The position numbers and the translations under genes were made by a program. This document shows, piece after piece, positions 11,100 to 22,719 of a stretch of DNA of 64,000 nt (positions are counted from its first letter, which is position 1; each line of letters begins with the position of its first letter). Source of the DNA: Isurus oxyrinchus (taxonomy: Eukaryota); contig JANJGN010000041.1 in NCBI GenBank assembly GCA_026770705.1, positions 4,216,001 to 4,280,000 on the forward strand. Reading direction: 5' to 3'. The notes below the pieces were generated by a model, which did no database searches, was not told where the DNA came from, and saw only the letters and a program-made list of their open reading frames with translations.

Positions 11100-14000
11100 C
11101 TCGCTGAAAGAACATTTTACGTTCTTCCACTCCCCTGCCTTAAACCCGCAAAGCTGCACGCTATTTCTTTTCAGCTAGGAATGCAATTCCCTTTTTCAAA
11201 GCATTTCTACAATCTACCTCCACCATCCCCTCAGGGAGATTGTCCCAGATTCCAGCCATTCACTGAGTGAAAAAAAAACAATTCTCACATCATTTTTACT
11301 CATTTTTCAATCTTTGATTCTGTGCCCTCTCGTCTTTGATGCTCTCTTGAGTGGGAAAACATTCTCACTGTTTCCTGTCTGTACAACTCAGGATCATGAA
11401 TTCCTTTCTCAAGCCTACTCTCAGCCTTCTTCTCCCTAAGCTAAATAGACAAATTTCCCCCATCTATCCTCAGAGCTATAGTTCATTACCTGCAATCATA
11501 ATTTTGGTTCTCCGCTTTACTCTATCCAATGTTTCCAAACCCTTCCTCAAGTATGATGGCGAGAACTGGATGTGACGTTCCAGATGAGGCCTTACTCCTG
11601 CCTAATAAATTGTCCTCTTGCCATCCTCACTGTTGGCTTCAATGTGCCTATTAATAAATCCAAAGATGTCAAAAGCTTTATTCACTGCTCTCTCCATACC
11701 CTGCAGAATTCAATGCATTATGCGGATATTTAAAAAGGTCCTTAATTTCCTGAACCTCATTTAGATTTTCGCCCTTTACTTTACGTTTTCTCTCCATACC
11801 CTTCCTGCGAAAAAGCCTATCCCACAGAACTCTGCATTGGACTTCGTCTGCCAACTGTCCTTCCATGTCCAGAAACACTCCTGCACTCTAATAAAATTAA
11901 AGACCATCCTCATCACAGTTGACAACGGTTGCAGTCTTCGTACGGCCTGCAAATTTTGAAAACTTGTCTTGAATACCACAGTCTAGCTCATTATTATGCC
12001 CTAGGGAGATCAAGGTTCCTAACGCAGACTGCAGGGGAACTGCACTAGAAAGATTCCTCCAATGAAAAAAACATCATTTACCACTATTCTCTGTCTGTTG
12101 CTTCTCAGATAACTTCTTATCCCAATACCCACTTACGATTTTATCCCATAAGGTAGAATTTTGTTCACTTGTGCTGCATTGCATCAAATGCATTTTGAAC
12201 TTACAAGGACACCGCATGAACTGGGTCACCTTTATCAATCGCCTCTGTTACCTCCTCAAAGATTTTCAACAAGTTGATAAACATGATTTTTCCTTAAGCT
12301 GTCCATGCCGGCTTTCCTTGATTATCTCGGAATTATAAATGCGGCTATTAATTTAGCCCCGATCTCGAGACTGCACAGGTTTCCCAACAATAGAACATCG
12401 GTGTAACATTCACAACTCGCCAGTCCTCCAGCTCCACCCTTGTGTCTAAGGAAGACTGGAATTTCCGTTCTCAAATCCTTCATTGCACTTGAATGCATCT
12501 CAAACATCTGATTAATTTAAACGCAACGAAGCCTATCTAACACCTGCTCGTTCTCAATAATAAATTTTCTGGTCTAATAGTTTCCTACCTTCTTGCCTAG
12601 GCCTGGGCAGCAGCTTCTTCCTTTGTGACTTCAGTTACGAAGTATTCATTTAGTACCTCTGTAATTTCTCCTGCTTCCAAGTGTAAGCACTGTTTTATTA
12701 CCCTTAATCGTCCATTCTCTCTCTTCTACCTCCAGTCCATTATTTATCTGCTTATGGAAGACATTGGAACTCTCTCTGATGATGCTGCCAGTGTCCTTTT
12801 ATAATCGCTCTTTACTTTCCTCCTTAGTTCCTTTACATTGGCTCTGCAGCTTGTACATTCGGCTTGATTCTCCGTTGTATTTTCCACCTGGCATTTGTTG
12901 CATGGACAATGCTTCATTTTCAGTTTCACTTCTACCTTTCTCATCATTAATGGCACTCTAAGTTTCTCCCAATTAATTATCCCAACTCCGGACGTCACCT
13001 TGTCGTTTTTCATGGCCAACCTTCCGATGCAATGTTCACTCTGCCTAAATTTTCTCCTGCTGATACTTAATTCAGTTGACCTACACAATCTACAGAACGA
13101 GTTCCAAAAGTGTCTGCCTTCCAGTTCGAACAGAAAAGTGCTGCGGCAGAATGTTATCCTGAAGACTTTGCAGCAGCTCTCGCCCCTCATGTCCATTTAC
13201 ATTCCTCCCAATCAAGTCCGTGTTGGAGTAATTTATGGCCCCCAGTGTAGTTTCCCTGCATTTCTCCCACCTCTCCTTTTTTTGGAAATGTGTTTCTTGA
13301 CACTCCTATAGTATACAAAACCACTCAATCTTACTGCAACTATTTAATTGCTTCTCTCTAAACACAGAAGTACCACCCATGAACTCCTTGGAACATTCTC
13401 CAGCTCCAGCATTGATATGTTATCTCGAATCAATACTGCCCCTGTGCAGCTTACTATTCCCGTCACCCCAACACCACACACACCCACGCATTTATTCCTT
13501 TCCTGTCTCTCCTGGACATTTTTCACCCAGGAATAGTTAGCGCCCAGGAGTGGCCTTCTTTGAACTAGGCTTCTGTTGTAGCAATGATCTCATATTCCTA
13601 TTTGCAAACTGTGCCTTATTTCAGCAATCTTAACAATCATAATACGTGCATTCATATACATACACGTTTAGCCTGATATAGGCCCTTTAAAAAAATCGCC
13701 CTTATTCTGACTTCATCTGACAACGTTCTTTTGCTGCTTTTAATTCTAAACGATCTCCATTTATTCGATTGATTTTAAGGCTGCTGTCTAATATATCCTT
13801 CTTTTCATTGAATATTTCCATAACTCCCAATGCCAGGATATTTTGCTCCACTCCAGCTTGGAAATCCCCTCAGGTTTCCCTCCCCATGCCAATGTATTTT
13901 AAATCTCCCAGCAGCACCAGCGAACCTTCCCACGAGGACATTTGTCTCCGGGCTCTGTTGAGCTGTAGTCGGCGCGTACTTGCAGTCCCCAGCTGCCCCA

Positions 14001-14400
14001 CAACTACTCCCAATAACTCAGAAATAAAAAAGCCCTTCCTCCAAACCCATTTCTGGAGCCACGTGTTGAACTGCTTCATCGTCCCGTTCTTATGTTCACT
14101 AGCACGTGTTACTGAGAGTAATAATGAGGTTGCTGCTTTTGTTCTCCTGCTTTGTAATTCCCTTTCTAATTCCATAAATAAATGCTGTCACGACCTCATG
14201 CTTTTTGCTCCCTATCCCCAGGGTTCAAAATGGGCCCACCACATCTGGGGCTTCACCCTCCTCCAGAAAGAGAAAAGTACAGCAGCAGCTCTGTGACATC
14301 CAAGGCCCTGGCACCAAACAGACAACATTAAATCACGGAGTCACATCTACGGCGGCAGAAAATCTTGTCTGCTCCCCTAGCTATGGAATTCCCTACTTAT
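11100..14400 (-). mobile_element. Long decayed CR1 LINE (ORF1 esterase, ORF2 endonuclease/RT, 3' end)
   Basis: ORF 13870-14175 (ELQSRRTK..SLLLSVTRAS..MKQFNTWLQKWVWRKGF..LQLNR) is a CR1 ORF1 SGNH-esterase remnant; endonuclease and RT remnants lie at 11700-13560; CR1 3' end near 11100. Confidence 0.85.
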
Positions 14401-15568
14401 GTAGCACATTCACTCACCCTCCTCTCATGCTGTGTAGCTGAGCCTGAACCAAGATTTACAAATCACCGTCCGGCGCACTGTGAATTTTTAACCCTTCCTG
14501 GCTCTCTTCGGAGGGAAATGGTCAGTGCAGCGGCAGGAGACATGTCTGAAAGCGGCGACATGTAAAATAAAAGAACTGGCCTGCTCATTGTCAGCATTCA
14601 GCACAGAAATTAAAGAAGGTGCAAGATTGAAGGGTTCAAAATCACAAACATTTTGGCGACATTTACCCAGAAGGGTGGGCAATCAGCGGGTTAATCATTT
14701 CACGGAACCAGGGGCTGAGTGAGGAAGGTGTGTTTCGACGCAGAATTGTTTCAGTCCAGTTAACAGTTTTTTGCCAGGTTGTTTTCATTTCAGGCTGAAT
14801 GTTAACTGCCAATAGCGAAGTATAAATCCTCTAAGCATAGCCTAAGTTCAGAACAACATAAGCAAACACGCCAGAAGCAAATTGGGAAGTCACCGATTGA
14901 TGCACCCTGTGGATATTTTAGGCTTCTGGGCATCACACTGGAGAGAGAAATTTTCAGCGATGCGGCAACAAACATGCATGACAGCTGCCACATGCAAAGA
15001 TGAACTCGAATACCTTTGCTCCCATATAAGCAAAGCATTTTCTGAAGAGGGTAAAGATATGAGTTCAAAATCTAGGAACATGATCAGAAAGAGGAGTTTA
15101 GTTATAGAAAAGCGAGCTACCAGGCGAGAGAACCAGGGGCTGCTCAGGGTCCTGCCTTGAACATGTTGTAGTCAGTCAGTGCTCAATCCTCATTAGTGTC
15201 AGGTTGTGAAGTAAATCGGCTTTGAGTTTCCTTGCAAAATCTGCTATAACTTGTGCCGTTGTCATTTCCAAGACATGTCGTTTCAGGAATATGTCATGGC
15301 CACACAAGTAATGTATTATCTCCGTGGAAACGCGGCGGTGGTTATTTAATGCGACAAGCCATGGGCGAGGATGGGGAAACGGCCGATTCCCACGGGAGAT
15401 TCTGATCTCCTGCTCGATCCAACAAGTTTGCTCATGTTTGTTTTACGCAAATCGGCGTCATGTCCACCAGGCAGAGCGCAGGAACATTATGATGAACGCC
15501 CATGCAGGACTGGAAAGCGATTTGCGACTGAAAAGCTTTCGATGTCTAACGTTTGGAACAAGGGCTTG

Positions 15569-15637
15569 CCTCCCTGGTTAATGAACCCCGGTCTCCCGTG
15601 TGACAAGTCGGGATACTAACCGCAATGCTAACGAGGA
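15569..15637 (-). pseudogene. tRNA-Asp(GTC) pseudogene, copy 1
   Basis: TCCTCGTTAGCATTGCGGTTAGTATCCCGACTTGTCACACGGGAGACCGGGGTTCATTAACCAGGGAGG aligns to vertebrate tRNA-Asp-GTC; the T arm is damaged by a deletion. Confidence 0.85.
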
Positions 15638-16460
15638 GAGCTGGGCCAGTGTTCGCGCAGTAGGCTAGTGAGATTTAAATTTGCCCTCAGCTCTCAGTTT
15701 TGATACACAAATTGCCCCATTTTCCTGCTCAATCCAGATGTTTATATTCAAGAGAAATACACGGCGCACATCTTCCCTCCAGGTCATCACTCCGTCGTTC
15801 CAGCTTCATCCCTCACAAATTGTCTGTTTTGATCACTTGCAAAGGTTGAAGCCGTCCATCTACTTCAGTCGCCTACACCCTGCAGACCCGCTACGGGCTT
15901 CCATTTCCATTTTCAGCACAACCACAATCATGAGTTCGGAATCAAAACATCACCTGAAACCAGTAACAGACGTTGTTTATTCATTCCCACTGAGCAACAA
16001 AGGTTAACAGATCCGAAAGCAACGTTTTCAAGTCACCAGCTGTCACACTCTGTGGGTGTTTAATGTTGCTGGGCAGCCTCTTCAGAGAAAATGGTTCAGT
16101 GCAGCAGCTCGAGCCATGTTTGGCAGCGTCGATATGCAAAAATTATAAAGACACAAACGTGAATGTTCTTGGTTAGTTTGAAGCACAGGAATTATGGAAA
16201 ACGCTCGATCAGCAGATTAAAAGTCACAAATCTCTTTGAAACCTTTAATTGCAGAAGGGAGGACATGCACGACGCAATGATTTCACGGAACCAAAGGATG
16301 CAAGAGGATAGAATGTTTTGACGGAGATTTGTGTTGGTCCATTGAACAAACGGCTGATTGAATTTCAGGCGGAATGTTAACTGCCAAAAGAGAAATCTAA
16401 ACACTTAATGCGAAATTGTGAGCACGGCTTCCACCGCACACTTTTCGAGCGAAGACGTGC

Positions 16461-16533
16461 CTCACCATCGGTGAATTAAACCACCGTCTCCCGGGTGACA
16501 GGCGGGGGATACTAACCACGATACTAACGACGA
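16461..16533 (-). pseudogene. tRNA-Asp(GTC) pseudogene, copy 2
   Basis: TCGTCGTTAGTATCGTGGTTAGTATCCCCCGCCTGTCACCCGGGAGACGGTGGTTTAATTCACCGATGGTGAG; GTC anticodon kept, B-box mutated (GTTTAA), stem mismatches. Confidence 0.85.
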
Positions 16534-18812
16534 CAGGCCTGCCACATGTCCCGAGAGCCAGGGACATTCTGAGTTGCCTTGACATTTCCATTTTGAAGCA
16601 CGTGACCCAGTTTTCCTGCACAATTTATACATTTACCTTCCAACAAAATACACCGGATGCATCATCCCTCTAGAAATTTATCCAATCGCGTCAGTTTCTC
16701 CCGCCATCCAGAAGCAAAGGTGCTTCTTCTTCGGCTTTTTGCCTCATTGTGTCACTCGCAAAGTCTCATAAGGAATTCTGCTTCAGGCGCTAACCTCCTG
16801 CAACCACGCTGCGTGCTCCATTTTCCATTATCCAGACAACAGTCAGGGGGTGGGAATCAAAACATCACATGTAAAAGGGAAAAATAGCAGGTTATTTATT
16901 CATTTCCACTCAGCAACATAAGCAAACATGTCGGAACAACGTTTCCAAATCACCAGTTGGCGCTTTCTGAATTCTTCAAACTTCAGGGCAGCCTCTTCAG
17001 AGAGAAAGACTCAGTGCAGCGGCAGGGACCATGTAGATGCAGAAGGCAGGACTAACAGGGGGCAAGGAGATCAGGGAAGCAGAGGCTGCATGGGGGAAAC
17101 ATATTTTGATTCAGACTGTTATGGGGCTATTGGTACGATTATACACAGGTCTGTTTTCATTTCAGGCTGGATTTTAACTGCCTAACGAGAAGTGCATAAA
17201 GGCGGTGAGGATAGCCTGTTCATGGCAACATAAGCAAATACGTCCGAACAAACTTGCCAAATGACCGTTCTGATGAAGCCTCCGATGCAGTCGAAACGAC
17301 CATCCTATCTTGTTCTAGACAGATGCTATCAGGCCCTCTGATACTTTCCAGCAATTTTTCATTTTGAGGCAAATGACCTGTTGTCTCACCCAGCGGGCAG
17401 TTTGACACTTCAGAGGGAAAGTCTTACTTGCGACGCACAGACCATGCATGTATCGAAGAGTTTACCTCAGCTTTTAACATATTTTATTCTGAAGTGGATA
17501 TAAAGCGGCGTTCAAAATCCAGGAACATTTTAGCAGGCAGAACTTTAGATGCAGTAGTGTGAGTTACCAGGTGGAAAAGATGTGAAGCATTGCTGACAGA
17601 ACCAGGGGATACTTGGTGAAACGTTGTTTTTTATGAATGATTATCTTGGCCTTTTGAGGACACTGCACGCAAGGTTGCTGTTTCCTTCTGCTTGAATCCT
17701 TATGTTCTGAAAGGAAGAGTTCACAGACCATAAGTAATGAACACATTCAGGAATGACTTGAAAGAAGGGGGAAGTGCGATAAAATGAATATCTCCTGAAA
17801 TAAGATATTATTTAAACTATTTATTGGAAGTAATGGAAATTTGCGTGCTTTCAAATGTTAATCCTTTAGTGAGACTGCCAGTTTGGAACTCACCCAAATG
17901 CAAAGCTGGAATCGAATAGTTTATCTCAACATTAAGCATTGTGTATTCAGAAGAGGTTATAGAGCGGCGTTCAAAATCCAAGCACATTTTGGCAGTCAGC
18001 ACTTTAGTTGCAGTTTTGTGAGTTCCAGGCAGCAAAGATTTGAAGCGTTGCTGATAGAACCAGGGAATTTTTGGCAAAACTTAGTTTTTTACGCATGATT
18101 ATCTTGGCCTTTCGAGGTGACTGCATGCAAGGTTTTCACAGACCATCAGTAATTTAGAAATTCAGCAATGACGTGAAAGATGGAGGAAGTGTGATTGAAT
18201 GAGTATCTCTGGAAAAAAGATTTTGTTTTTCCTATTCATTGCAGTAATGGAAATGTATGTGCCTTCAAATATTCTTTCTTTACTGCGTTTGCGAGTTTGG
18301 AGCTCACCGAAACGCGATGCCTTTATTTTATTTGGCACTATGTCCATCACAACTCGATTTCAGACTTTAGCAGCATCGGTTACAGGCGACATGCAGTTGT
18401 GTCCGTGCCTGGAAGGCGTCATCGTCAGTTTGCCTTGGAAGCTCAATTGGGGCCGGGATGTGAAGCATTTCCGGCTCAGCAATTACCACAAATTCTTTTA
18501 AGGCTTGCGCCGTGTCGTCTCTAATGTCTGTTCTTAGTTAGTAAAGTGCCCTGGATACACATGGAGATGCGTTATTTTGGGTAAACGGTGGAAGAAAACA
18601 GAATGATGGCGGAAATGGCGGATGATCACAGGAAATATTGATAACAAGCTAATACAAAAAAATTGTTCATGGTATATTTTGTCAAATCTGGCTTCTGACC
18701 GAAATGCTCTGTGGATGTTCCTTAGGTCTATCACCATTTGGAAATGAAAACCGGTTTGCGAATCCAAAGCATGAGCAGGAGTTCCAGCTCGCACAAGGAG
18801 AGCATGGACTGC

Positions 18813-18884
18813 ATCCCCGTCGTGGACTTGAACCCTGGTCACCCGGGTGACAGGCAGGGATACTCACAACTATACTGACGAGGA
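18813..18884 (-). tRNA. tRNA-Asp(GTC)-like gene, best-preserved copy 3 (probably a pseudogene)
   Basis: TCCTCGTCAGTATAGTTGTGAGTATCCCTGCCTGTCACCCGGGTGACCAGGGTTCAAGTCCACGACGGGGAT, 72 nt. Acceptor stem and B-box GGTTCAAGTCC are intact, but it has U8C, G18U, two T-stem mismatches and no oligo-T terminator. Confidence 0.75.
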
Positions 18885-20943
18885 GAGATGCTTCCCAAGG
18901 GAGCTAGTGTACTCCGATTTGCACTGAGATTTTCATTTTGAAACGATTGTTACATAGTTTGCCTGCACAATACAGATAAGTAACTTCCATGGGGTTTGAA
19001 CGGGATGCATCTACTTTCTTGAAAATCGCGACATGACGTCAGTTCTTCCCGTTGACCAGAGGCACAGATGTTTCTTCCTCGGCTGCTTCCCTCATTTTGT
19101 CTCTTGCACAGTCTCGGAAAGAATAAGCAAGAATTCCAGCCGTCCATTTGCTTCAGCCTATCTCCTGCAGCCACGCTCCCCTCTCCATTTCCATAATCCA
19201 CACAAACCAAGTCATAGTGTCGGATACAAAACTTCAGATGCAACCGGTGAAGGAAGACGTGTCTTTTTTTCATTTCCACTTAGCAACGTCAGTAAACTTG
19301 TCAGATGGAACGTTTCCAGAGCATCAGATGCTGCTCTCTGCATTACAAGTTTTTCTTCGACCCTCTTCAGAAATAACGGCTTAGTGTAGCTGCAAGATCC
19401 ACGGACGTAAAAAGGAGTATGCACAATGGATAACAAAAAACTTGAATTCTCATGGTCAGCTTTCAGCACAGAAATAAAACAAGGCGCTCGATCGAAGCGT
19501 TAAAAATCTCGAATTGCTTGAACCCTGTCCCTGCAAAAGTGTGGACCAGAAGGAGGGGATGAGGTCAGCGGAGCAGGGGCTACATGTGGATAGCGTGTTT
19601 TGATGCAGTGGTATCCGAGACTATTGGATAGGGTTTCCACAAGGCAGTTTTCATTTCAGACTGATTGTTAAGTGCCTAAAGAGCAGTGCAGAAATGCGGT
19701 GGGGCTAGTCTGCGTACGGCAGCATATGCAAACATGTTAAAAAGAAGTTGACAATTGAACGTTTTGAAGAAGTGCGCCACGGAATCGTAAATTACACCAT
19801 TCCTTTCCTTTCACAAGATACTTTCAGGCCGGCTGATTTTTTTTTTCCAACAATTTAGCTGTCTTTGAGAATTGACCAGCTTTCTCGCCCAGCCTTGAAT
19901 TTTACATCTGCATGTCAGACTTGGGACAGAACTTCTTACTTTGGAGGAACAAGCCATGAATGTCTCGGGCAAAGCTGAAATCGAATAGTTTATTTCAACA
20001 TCAAGCACAGTGTATTATAAAGAGGTTATAGAGAGGCGTTCAAAATACAGACACATTCTGGTGGTCAGAAGTTCAGTTGAAGTAGGGTGAGTAACAAGGC
20101 GGCAAAGATATGATGCGTTGCTGACAGAACCAGGGGATTTTTGCCGAAATTTTGCTTTTACACATGATTACCTTGGCCCTTAGAGGAGACTGCATGCAAG
20201 GTTGCTGAATTTTTCGCCTTGATTTTTTATATGTTGAAGGGAAGTGTTCACATACCATAAGTAACGGCCAAATTCAGGAATGACTTCAAGGAAGGGCGGA
20301 GTGCGATTGAATGTGTACCTTTTGAAATAAGATTTTACTTTCCTATTTGTTGCAAGTATTGGGAATTTACCTGCCTTCAAATGTTACTTCTTTACTTAGT
20401 TTGACAGTTTGGAACTCGCCGAAACACACTGCGTACATGTCGGTTCTCACTCTGGCCATCACAAGCCTACTTCAGGCTTGGGCAGCATCTGGTATAGGCA
20501 ACGTGGAGTTGTGTAGCTTCCTGGAAGTTGTAGTCGTCATTTAGCGCTGGATGCTCGATCGTGGGTGGATGTGAATGACGTCACCCTCATCGGTCATCGT
20601 AAAGCCGGTTTCTGTCTTGTGCCGTTGTCGATTCAAAAGCATGTTTTTCTTAATAAAGTGCCCAGGATAAACATTGGGTTGCTTTATGATCTGAAAATGT
20701 TGCAACATCTACAAGTTGGAGGCAGACAGCACGATTGAGTAAAGGGCCGTTTGCCGACAGGGGATTTTGACATCCTGATTTTTCCAGGAACTTTGCTCAT
20801 GATGTATACTTGCAAATCTGCCTTCTGCCCGAATTGATGAGGATGTGCCCTTTAGGCCGATATTCATCAGGAAATTAAAACACATTAGCCAATCAAATTC
20901 GTGATCACTCCTTCCCCAGCGCACATTTGGAACAGCGAATTTT

Positions 20944-21014
20944 CGCCCTGTCAGAGAATTGGACCCCAGTCTCGCCAGTGGAAGGTGGAGATACTCACCA
21001 CTATACTAAGGGAA
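20944..21014 (-). pseudogene. tRNA-Asp-derived pseudogene, copy 4 (anticodon mutated to TCC)
   Basis: TTCCCTTAGTATAGTGGTGAGTATCTCCACCTTCCACTGGCGAGACTGGGGTCCAATTCTCTGACAGGGCG; D arm identical to tRNA-Asp, anticodon stem unpaired. Confidence 0.8.
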
Positions 21015-22159
21015 TCAGGCCTGCAGCTGTATTCCATGGGAGCCAATGATATTCCACTTTGACGTTGGATTTCCATTTCCTAGCAACATTTACCCAGTTT
21101 CCTGCACAGATGCGAATCTAAGAACAATCGATTAGGATGTTACAACAATGGATTTGACTCTGAGAGCAACAGAATTAAGTTTTGTAAAAATGTATTTGAA
21201 TGTCAGAACAATCGATTTGAATGTTGCAAAACTGTTTCTGAAACTGAGGTCAATTGGTTCGAACGTTACCACAAAGCAGTCAATCTGGGAACAAGAGAGT
21301 GGAATGTACAAAGAAGGGACAGCGGTTTATCTAACAGTTTTAACCATATTTCTGCAGATGATTAGTCGATAACTAAGCCAAATGGATCCATTTCGGACCA
21401 GTGTTTTAATACATTTATTCGTTATTGTGGCTATTGTTTGTCCCCCAGTAATAAACCCTACTCCGTGAGAAATTGTATGAACGATGGTTGACACTGTTAC
21501 ATTTATAGCCATTTAATCTGCCCTGTTTTCTCTTTTTTTCTGAATCTCTGCTTTCAATTATTAACTCGAGAATGCATTCTCAACTTCCTGATGATCTCGT
21601 TAGCTCACTCTGCCATCATTGCTTTTGCGTACTTCCTGCTAAATCATTATATGTAGACACTATACCTGTAATCCATGATTTAATGCATTACCGTCTGTGA
21701 TGCTTAAGATTGGGAAGATGGCTGATATTGTCCACATTTCCCTGCAATAACGGTTCCTGAACCAGTTTCTGGCCAATATCTGATGCTGAACCAGACAGAT
21801 CAGAACCTCTGCCATCCATTTGACCCTGATTGACATGTGCCTCCATATCATCACACTCACCCAGTGCTTTTCACTCGATCCCCAACATTATATGAGAACA
21901 TCTACTCCAGATCACCCGCTGCCAAGGCCTCATCTGTTCTTTTGGGAAATCCAGGCTCAACTTTTCTAATTCTTTTCCTGGCAACACCAGTTACAATTCT
22001 GTATGAGCAAAACTCATCTAAACAACTGCTGCCGATATCCGAACTCTCACAAAACCTCATTCAACCACAGCCCTTGTGCTCACTGACGTCTTTCGCTTTG
22101 GCAACAACTTAAATTTAAATTGTATGTTGTTGTGATCCAATTCGTCCATGTCGTCAAGA

Positions 22160-22700
22160 TTACAAACATACGAACACAGATAATATGAGCAGATGTAGGC
22201 TATTTGGCCCATCGAGCCGTCTCCACCATTCAGAGAATTCATGGATAATCTGTTTGTGTCGACAAATTTCAAACTAACCCCATTGATTTTGATTCATTTT
22301 CATTGAAATAATATATTGACCACCATCTTAACAATATTCAATGTTCTAGCCTCCACCACCTTCTAAGGCACAGAGTTCCAAAGTCAGATAAACCTCAAGG
22401 GGCAACAAGCAAAAAAAGCACAAACTCATAAACTCTGTCCTGAAAGGACAAACCTTCTTCTTTATTAAATAGATGCCTCTAATTCAGGGCTCACCCAACA
22501 CATGAAAGATGGTTTCCCAACGCCTTGTCAAAAGCTTTCAGGTTCATATACACTTCAATTATTTCACCCCTCCCTCCTGTAAAATGCTGTGCAGGCAAAG
22601 ATGATCTTCCTACGCTTTCCTCACAAAACCTCCCATTCACTCCAGGTGACAACCTAGTGAGCCTTCTCTGAAGCGCGGGAAGTAGACGTGGATAGAGGAC
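22160..22700 (-). mobile_element. CR1 LINE 3' end fragment
   Basis: gagcagatgtaggctatttggcccatcgagccgtctccaccattca is the reverse complement of the CR1 3' tail seen at 5100-5190. Confidence 0.75.
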
Positions 22701-22719
22701 CAGTGACAGATGCAGATAG

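Larger units (their letters stand above)
14455..21120 (-). repeat. Decayed tandem macrosatellite (~2.1-2.4-kb unit, about 3.5 copies), one tRNA-Asp-derived gene per unit
   Basis: Flank blocks recur, e.g. tcatt(c/t)ccact(g/c/t)agcaac near 15980, 16900 and 19270, and ttttcatttcagg/actg near 14782, 17155 and 19648. tRNA-to-tRNA spacings are 896, 2351 and 2130 bp. Confidence 0.85.

Noticed and set aside
20944-21014. Functional tRNA with switched identity (Asp body, Gly TCC anticodon)
   Set aside because: Anticodon and acceptor stems are unpaired and the B-box is mutated (GTCCAA); this is neutral decay.
21660-22110. Coding-looking GC-balanced segment on the minus strand
   Set aside because: In-frame stops in the frames I translated and no recognisable motif.
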